Both the position numbers and the translations under genes were made by a program. Below, in pieces: positions 26,470 through 32,159 of a stretch of DNA of 32,159 nt. The stretch comes from a virus. Lineage: Duplodnaviria > Caudoviricetes. The number at the start of each line of letters is the position of its first letter. The first letter of the stretch is position 1. The DNA is taken from positions 1 to 32,159 of the IMG/VR virus record IMGVR_UViG_3300017777_002263; one strand, 5' to 3'. The notes beneath the pieces are model-generated. The model was not told the DNA's origin and did no database searches. It was given only the letters and a program-made list of their open reading frames with translations.

Positions 26470-28362
26470 TTATCTTGTTATCTTAAATATTTTCTGAGTA
26501 TCAGTTATATCTACTGTACCGTCAATATATTCAGTCTTAATAAATATTTTCAAATATCTTTCTTGTGGTAATCCCGTTGTTTGTAACTTGAAATAATTTC
26601 CGTAAATAGGTTCACAACTTAACTTTGTATATTGATCAAATCCAATCAAAACTTCTTCGGATTCAGCGTCTTTAATCATATAATAGGAACTCGTAGGAAG
26701 ATATTTTGGAGTAACCATTGATGGCTGTTGATATGATTTTTGGAAGTTCTTTAATGGATATCTATCTCTTGCAAATACATAAATCTTAGGTAAACTACCA
26801 GCTTTATAAGCATCCTTCAAATAGTTTAGTGTAATTAAATTCTGAATAGATCCTGTAACGGACTTTAAACTTCCTGTAATAAATATACTGTCGTCCCAAG
26901 CTACATCAACATACGGACTATAAATTGTATTTGTATCTTTACTAAAGAATTGCAACAGTCCATTAGTTTGTTGTAATGGAGGAGTTGAAATTTCCAACGA
27001 ACTTAACAATATAAGTCCTTGATTAGGAATACATCCGCATAACCAACCTCTAACGATTTTGGTTATATCCATAGTAATGTCACTTTGATTACCGTAACTA
27101 AATGATTGACTACAAATTAAACTTGCATTAACTAATGATGGATATTTTGTAGAATTACAAATCCACTTTGGTTTGTTTGTGTATGAAGCAGGAACTTTAT
27201 AAAACCAAGTACCTCCTTGATTTTCAAAGCTAGCACTTGAATACGACGATGTTAATAAGTAATCTACCTGTTGATACTCTTTTGTAATCTGACTTCCATA
27301 CCAGATACCATTACCATCATAGTTTTTATAGTTCCAACTAGCGCCTAACTGTGAACCATCATCAGCATATCTACCATTACCATTATTCCAACTTTGACTT
27401 ATTGGATAAGCATAAATACTATAATTTAACGGTAAGTTTCTAGCACCACATGACTTTAAGTTTAATGTAAATTTTATATTAGATCCGCTAATATTATTGC
27501 TTGAAATAGATTTACTCAATTCATTTATATCAAACTTAACAAGCGTTCTAGAAAACTCGGGGTAGTTCAAATATGCTGCTGTAGACGGCCGAGTAAAAGA
27601 TCCACTATATTTGCCTTTAAAATAACCAGCAAAATTTATGACATCCGCGTAATACAATTTACTGGATGTTAAAGTTTCTATATATAACTTAGAATTCGAA
27701 CCACTAAAACTTCCTGTAAACGATCCTGAATTAAAAGCTGTTACCGGAGAATAAAAACTGGAACTACACGGTATGCCTGTATTTGATTTTCCTAATAGTT
27801 TCCCTCTTAAATTTTTAAAGCTGCCTGTACCTGTCAAAGATGCCGTTAACGGACTTGTTGTATATGTCCGTGTGTTTACTTTTAGTTTTGTAAAAAAGCT
27901 ACCAACTCTTACAGAACCTGAAAAACTACCTGTACTCCAACTACCTGTAAAGAATGAGTAACTAGTTATATTCATACTACCAGTAAACGATCCAGATGCA
28001 TAATTGGCAGATCCAGAAATATAAAGTGGTTTTTTTGGGTTAGTGGTTACATTAGATAATCTGCCTGTAAAATTAGCAATAAATGATGTATTTGGTATTA
28101 CAGAAGATGTAAGATTAAAAGCATACCATTTACTTCCAGAGTAAATAAATAAAGAAGATGTAGTATAAGCTAACCAACCTTCGTTACCATAAGATGACGC
28201 GGTAATCGGAGCTTCGTGCCAGTTCGGATCTGTATATACAGTCGTCGTGCCTTTATTAGATGCATAAATTTCTAAAATCTCATCGATTCCAAAATTTTTA
28301 TCGATAAATTCCGAAGAATTATTTATGTAGGTATCTTGAGATGGATAAATAAATGTGTGCAT
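26470..28362 (-). CDS. Virion protein with a DNRLRE/CBM96-like domain interrupted by an F-[ST]-G-S repeat insert
   Basis: Motifs QDTYI, SRTLVKFDI, SW..G, MDITKIVRGWL, NQGLIL, FFSKD, PYVDVAW. Insert SGSFTGS...TGSFSGS...SGSFTGSFSGS. Confidence 0.6.
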   Translation of the reverse strand: MHTFIYPSQDTYINNSSEFIDKNFGIDEILEIYASNKGTTTVYTDPNWHEAPITASSYGNEGWLAYTTSSLFIYSGSKWYAFNLTSSVIPNTSFIANFTGRLSNVTTNPKKPLYISGSANYASGSFTGSMNITSYSFFTGSWSTGSFSGSVRVGSFFTKLKVNTRTYTTSPLTASLTGTGSFKNLRGKLLGKSNTGIPCSSSFYSPVTAFNSGSFTGSFSGSNSKLYIETLTSSKLYYADVINFAGYFKGKYSGSFTRPSTAAYLNYPEFSRTLVKFDINELSKSISSNNISGSNIKFTLNLKSCGARNLPLNYSIYAYPISQSWNNGNGRYADDGSQLGASWNYKNYDGNGIWYGSQITKEYQQVDYLLTSSYSSASFENQGGTWFYKVPASYTNKPKWICNSTKYPSLVNASLICSQSFSYGNQSDITMDITKIVRGWLCGCIPNQGLILLSSLEISTPPLQQTNGLLQFFSKDTNTIYSPYVDVAWDDSIFITGSLKSVTGSIQNLITLNYLKDAYKAGSLPKIYVFARDRYPLKNFQKSYQQPSMVTPKYLPTSSYYMIKDAESEEVLIGFDQYTKLSCEPIYGNYFKLQTTGLPQERYLKIFIKTEYIDGTVDITDTQKIFKITR

Positions 28363-28363
28363 A

Positions 28364-30343
28364 TTATACTACAAGGCCTTTTATATCAGAATCTGGAAAT
28401 TTAACTTCAAATACAGATGGATCTTTTGATGGATAAACTATGTTATTCTGAGTTGCTATACTGATATTATATGCAACTGGGGAATAATTTCCCTCATCAA
28501 TGGTTAAGTTTTTTATAAGAATATCGCTCACGGATTGAACGCCTTCATTTTGCATTATTTCGAAATTTATTTGACTTAAATTAATCGGCTGATTGAAACT
28601 CCATTTGTCAATTTCGAAAAATGATTTAATAGATTGTATGCAGTTATTCAACACATCCGACTTGTTGAATCCTTTAAATACTGTTATTTTGAATTCAACT
28701 GCGATATTAATAATATAACCATCGATAATATTAATCTTATCGGTTAATATCTTATAATTTTGAATATAAGTTATTAAATTTTGAAGTGTAGCTGGATTTA
28801 TTTGTGTTAAATTTTTATTTACATCATATCCCAACAAATACAAATTATTCGTAAATGGACTATTAGATTGTAAAAATTTTCTTCTATCTAATGGATTCAA
28901 CGGAGTTAAATCTACAGTTGAATTGTTTTCTGTATTTACAACGCCGTTTATCAATCCATTATATTGTACTTCTCTTGTTAAATTACTTTGTACAAATGCT
29001 TTTGCTATATTTCCAAGCTGAGCAGGCAATGCATAGACTCTCAACAAGAAGTCGTCTTCTGTTACCATACGATTTTGCGTTGAAAAATTCAACATTGCAT
29101 TTTGTCTGATCTCTTCATCAGATTCAGCGTCATCACCACCAGTTGCGGCTTCTAAATTATTTACTCTTAATGAGTTTTTGATCGTGTTTAACAAAATAAC
29201 TTCACTATCGGTCAATGATGTTACGTCATTCAAATAAGAAATTCCTAGAATTTTCTTAATCTCTCCAGAGTTAACATTTGAATTTAAACCGCCGCCTATA
29301 ATATACGTAATTGTTAGTGTGGTGTTAGATGGAGACACGCCATATGACTTTTCTTTCAATACATTTGTATTATCCAGTGAAATGTTTAAGTTCTTCAAAT
29401 TTGATAATGCTACTCCGACATTTGTAGGATTCGGGATAACGATTGTATTATCATAATTTTCAGTGTTTGCTCCAAATTGTAAAGTTGTTTGATTATTTTC
29501 ATCAATAACTGTAACAAATCTTTTTTCGGTTCTTAAATACTTAAGAATTTTTGGAGTTTCACTTCTATACTGAGATAGTGTCTGATTATTCAATGGAACA
29601 TTATCCACCTCGATTGGAATAGTATCTTGTGCCAAGTAATCAAATTCATAGTACTTAACATTATTACTATCAGTGACACTTACAATTTTAAGTACATTGG
29701 TTTCATCCAATTTTGTACTATAAAATGGAACTTGATCGGTTACACTGACTTGTTTATTTACTACTGTACCGGAATAAGCTTTAGTTGCCTTTTTAATTAA
29801 ATAAAATTGAGGGGCGCCAGTATTATCACGACTGTAAACTGTAATTTCTCTAGGGGAGAATTTAGTATCTTGACTAAAGTCTATACTTTCTTCTATTACG
29901 AAATTAACTCCTGGTGTACTCGACAACTGTGAAAATGGCTGTAGTATTAGACAATATCGTTCGTCTGGAAAATATTCATTGTCTTTGGTACGAATGGAAG
30001 GCAGTAATTGAAATACGTCAACCACAGCTGAAGAAGCAGACGAAACTTTAGGCTTGTATCCCAGATATTTAGCACCGTTTATAATATTTCTACGATCTTG
30101 CGCAAATTGAATGTAACTTTCAAAAAATTGTTGATCTGTGTAATATGAAAGTACATCTCCAACATAAGCTGCTTGATCTATAAAGATTTGACCTGGTGAA
30201 CTTTCACTGAAATCTTTATAACTCTGTGGATAATACTGTTTGGTGAAATCAATTAGTTGTTGACGCAATGATGTAAAATCTCTATTGAGATAGTTTATAT
30301 CTTTTGTGTTCGCATCAAATGTTTTGTTAATTAGCTTTGACAT
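28364..30343 (-). CDS. Baseplate wedge subunit (T4 gp6 / baseplate J-like)
   Basis: YLNRDFTSLRQQLIDF...YKDFSESSPG..FID..AYVGDVLSYYTD, LGYKP, ATGGDDAESDEEIRQNA...QNRMVTEDDF; 659 aa. Confidence 0.88.
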   Translation of the reverse strand: MSKLINKTFDANTKDINYLNRDFTSLRQQLIDFTKQYYPQSYKDFSESSPGQIFIDQAAYVGDVLSYYTDQQFFESYIQFAQDRRNIINGAKYLGYKPKVSSASSAVVDVFQLLPSIRTKDNEYFPDERYCLILQPFSQLSSTPGVNFVIEESIDFSQDTKFSPREITVYSRDNTGAPQFYLIKKATKAYSGTVVNKQVSVTDQVPFYSTKLDETNVLKIVSVTDSNNVKYYEFDYLAQDTIPIEVDNVPLNNQTLSQYRSETPKILKYLRTEKRFVTVIDENNQTTLQFGANTENYDNTIVIPNPTNVGVALSNLKNLNISLDNTNVLKEKSYGVSPSNTTLTITYIIGGGLNSNVNSGEIKKILGISYLNDVTSLTDSEVILLNTIKNSLRVNNLEAATGGDDAESDEEIRQNAMLNFSTQNRMVTEDDFLLRVYALPAQLGNIAKAFVQSNLTREVQYNGLINGVVNTENNSTVDLTPLNPLDRRKFLQSNSPFTNNLYLLGYDVNKNLTQINPATLQNLITYIQNYKILTDKINIIDGYIINIAVEFKITVFKGFNKSDVLNNCIQSIKSFFEIDKWSFNQPINLSQINFEIMQNEGVQSVSDILIKNLTIDEGNYSPVAYNISIATQNNIVYPSKDPSVFEVKFPDSDIKGLVV

Positions 30344-30744
30344 TAAATTTTATTAGTTTCCAAATTAAACTCGGTATTACCCACGGCATTGTTATATCTA
30401 AAAGTAATACTTATAAATATCGAATTTTTACTATTATTGTCAGGTTGAACTTGAGATAACTCAACGTTTAATATAGTTGTACCGTTCAAAAATTTATCAA
30501 CGTCACGTTGAATTACATCAATAATTATGTCTTTAGATATGTCACTTCCTATATTATTGAATAATAAATTGTATAAACCAGATCCGAAAGTATTGTTAAA
30601 TCTTCTTTCACCTGGCATAGTTAACAATAAATTTTGGATATTTGATGCTATTTGGGATATTGTATCTTTGTTTGTGGCAAAGTATCCTTGATTACCAAGT
30701 TGAATTGGTAATGACAAACCTATAGATTTTGTCGGAGTAGCCAT
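30343..30744 (-). CDS. Baseplate wedge / sheath initiator protein (T4 gp25-like)
   Basis: IGLSLP, QIASNIQNLLLTMPGERRFNNTFGSGLYNLLF; TAATG overlap with the gp6-like gene. Confidence 0.9.
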   Translation of the reverse strand: MATPTKSIGLSLPIQLGNQGYFATNKDTISQIASNIQNLLLTMPGERRFNNTFGSGLYNLLFNNIGSDISKDIIIDVIQRDVDKFLNGTTILNVELSQVQPDNNSKNSIFISITFRYNNAVGNTEFNLETNKI

Positions 30745-30754
30745 TTATTTTACT

Positions 30755-31225
30755 TTATTTATTTCCGCGTTTATTATTAACTGCTTTCATTAACGATCTA
30801 TAGTCTCTATTTATAGCACTATAAACACTTTTAACGGGTTCAGGAGCATTTTCAGGTACTTTGGTTTCTGTAATAACTTCTTGTGTACCCCCTCCATATC
30901 CACCCATCATACTAACCATACTACCTTCTTGTGGTACCCCACCTGTAGTTTGATTTAAAATTTCATTTAACATTGGGTTGTTGCTGTATTTTACAAACTT
31001 CTTCACAGATTTAACTGGTTCCTCAACAACAGTAGATTCGTTCATAGTTTCCAATTCGCTTAGAATTTGTTGTTCTAAATCAGAATCAGCTGATTTTTTC
31101 TTGGATTGAATGACTTCTTTAGAGAATATTTCTGCCAATTGACGTTTAAGTTCAGATTGTACTACGATTCGTACCTCTTGTTGCACTGTTTTTTTGATGA
31201 ATTCTTTTAATATATCTATTTTCAT
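30755..31225 (-). CDS. Hypothetical protein (156 aa)
   Basis: Co-oriented ORF with a helical N-terminus MKIDILKEFIKKTVQQEVR; no recognised family. Confidence 0.7.
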   Translation of the reverse strand: MKIDILKEFIKKTVQQEVRIVVQSELKRQLAEIFSKEVIQSKKKSADSDLEQQILSELETMNESTVVEEPVKSVKKFVKYSNNPMLNEILNQTTGGVPQEGSMVSMMGGYGGGTQEVITETKVPENAPEPVKSVYSAINRDYRSLMKAVNNKRGNK

Positions 31226-31242
31226 ATTATTATATATAATTA

Positions 31243-32159
31243 TTAACCCAATTGAGATTTAGGTAAATTTAATAATGCTTGTACGTTTTTTACATCTGGC
31301 GGTCTGGGTATCTTGATGGTCTTGATACGTGGCATACTAGGTGGTTTTGGTATATTTGGCTTAGGCATACCATTCTTTATACTCGCTAATTTAGCAGCAG
31401 CCGCGGCTATTGTACCCCCAGAAAGAGCCCCAATAACAGCTGCTTTTCCTCCACCTACTAATCCTCCAATACCGGCTCCTAATCCACTCCCGGCTAATGC
31501 TGCTCCTGTTACACCACCAACAGATAATCCGGCACCAAGTGCTGTACCACTCAATCCGCCTATTAATGCTGCTTTACCGCCTCCGGCTAATGCCCCTACT
31601 CCAGCAGCAAGAGCACCACCTAACAATCCACTTTTTAACCCTTTAACTAATTCGGACGTGGATTCAACCATACCTGTTTTAGCATTTACAAATTTACCAT
31701 TACCAGCTATAGATTCAGGACTAAACTTATCCGGCGACCAATCCTTACCCAGCCCATCTGGTTTAATACCTTTAGGATTGAGTTTATCAAATACTTTACC
31801 AGCTATATCACCCGTAACCAATCCAGCGACTGCACCAATCAGTGCGCCTTTTCCTCTACCGGCTAAAGCTCCAATACCCGCTCCTAAAGCCACGCCGCCA
31901 ATTGCACCTTTAACTCCTGATGAAAGATTACTAAGTACTCCCCCAGCGGATGCTTGAATACCACTAACTGCACCTTGTGCTTGACCAGCTGCTCCTTCTA
32001 ATGCACCTTGTGCTTGACCAGCTGCTCCTTGAACCCGTGATGTTAATCCGCCAGCTGCACTTTTAACTTGAGATGTAGCACTACTCGCTGCGTCCTGGGC
32101 TTTTGAGGCTGCTTGTTGTGCTACATTTGGATCTAACGACTTTACTTCTTGGGACGGAA
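31243..32159 (-). CDS. Glycine-zipper repeat protein with Pro/Lys-rich tail; 5' end outside the window
   Basis: The frame stays open beyond the track's GTG at 31893 to the window end (PSQEVKSLDPNVAQQAASKAQDAA...). Three GxxxGxxxG units of the type LGAGIGALAG.GK.ALIG; C-terminus PKPNIPKPPSMPRIK. Confidence 0.75.
   Translation of the reverse strand, partial: PSQEVKSLDPNVAQQAASKAQDAASSATSQVKSAAGGLTSRVQGAAGQAQGALEGAAGQAQGAVSGIQASAGGVLSNLSSGVKGAIGGVALGAGIGALAGRGKGALIGAVAGLVTGDIAGKVFDKLNPKGIKPDGLGKDWSPDKFSPESIAGNGKFVNAKTGMVESTSELVKGLKSGLLGGALAAGVGALAGGGKAALIGGLSGTALGAGLSVGGVTGAALAGSGLGAGIGGLVGGGKAAVIGALSGGTIAAAAAKLASIKNGMPKPNIPKPPSMPRIKTIKIPRPPDVKNVQALLNLPKSQLG
31969..32030. repeat. Intragenic tandem duplication: 29 identical bp with a 33-bp period
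   Basis: TGCACCTTGTGCTTGACCAGCTGCTCCTT occurs at 31969-31997 and 32002-32030 and encodes GAAGQAQGA twice. Confidence 0.9.

Noticed and set aside
3013-29109. Other short plus-strand and nested ORFs (3013, 3400, 3884, 7291, 9600, 10194, 14404, 17176, 20433, 20864, 21492, 22759, 27773, 28891)
   Set aside because: Shadow ORFs overlapping well-supported minus-strand genes, with no motifs or independent start signals.
16326-30744. Bacterial contractile injection system (eCIS/tailocin) instead of phage
   Set aside because: A T4-like primase, gp46/47 fusion, resolvase and large gp6/gp7-type wedge proteins are interleaved, and no cellular housekeeping genes are present.
31313-31957. 214-aa Pro/Ala-rich plus-strand ORF
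   Set aside because: It is the antisense mirror of Gly/Ala codons in the glycine-zipper gene, which naturally lacks stops.
1-32159. Stop-codon reassignment (code 15 or 4), as in some large phages
   Set aside because: Genes tile the window densely under the standard code, and TAA and TGA both terminate genes at tight junctions. The gap at 1-2657 is a truncated open frame, not a fragmented one.
1-32159. CRISPR arrays, tRNAs, introns/inteins, DGR, IS elements, intrinsic terminators
   Set aside because: Intergenic gaps are about 100 nt or shorter. I saw no spaced repeats, cloverleaf, intein, RT or transposase motifs, and no GC-rich stem with a U-tract.

Overview
The window is part of a large, AT-rich, T4-like myophage genome (probably a jumbo phage). 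All credible genes lie on the minus strand and use the standard code. In transcription order (right to left): a glycine-zipper protein (5' truncated), a hypothetical, a baseplate/virion module (gp25-like, gp6-like wedge, DNRLRE-like protein, coiled-coil protein, gp7-like 1482-aa protein, three related baseplate-associated proteins, an FG-GAP propeller protein), a DNA-metabolism trio (RuvC-like resolvase, primase, single-chain Mre11-Rad50 / gp47-gp46 fusion), an 8.4-kb block of four glycosylation genes, and a very long tail sheath gene that runs off the left edge and is missing from the ORF track. The glycosylation block carries about seven glycosyltransferase-type domains and two FkbM methyltransferase domains. 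One domain is a TibC/AAH-type protein O-heptosyltransferase with an intact iron-finger. Most flanking virion proteins are heavily enriched in a hydrophobic-[S/T]-[G/A/S]-S-hydrophobic motif that is nearly absent from the enzymes. The main hypothesis (inference) is a phage-encoded virion O-glycosylation system with its own serine sequon. All calls come from motif recognition by eye, with no database searches, and all counts are manual.
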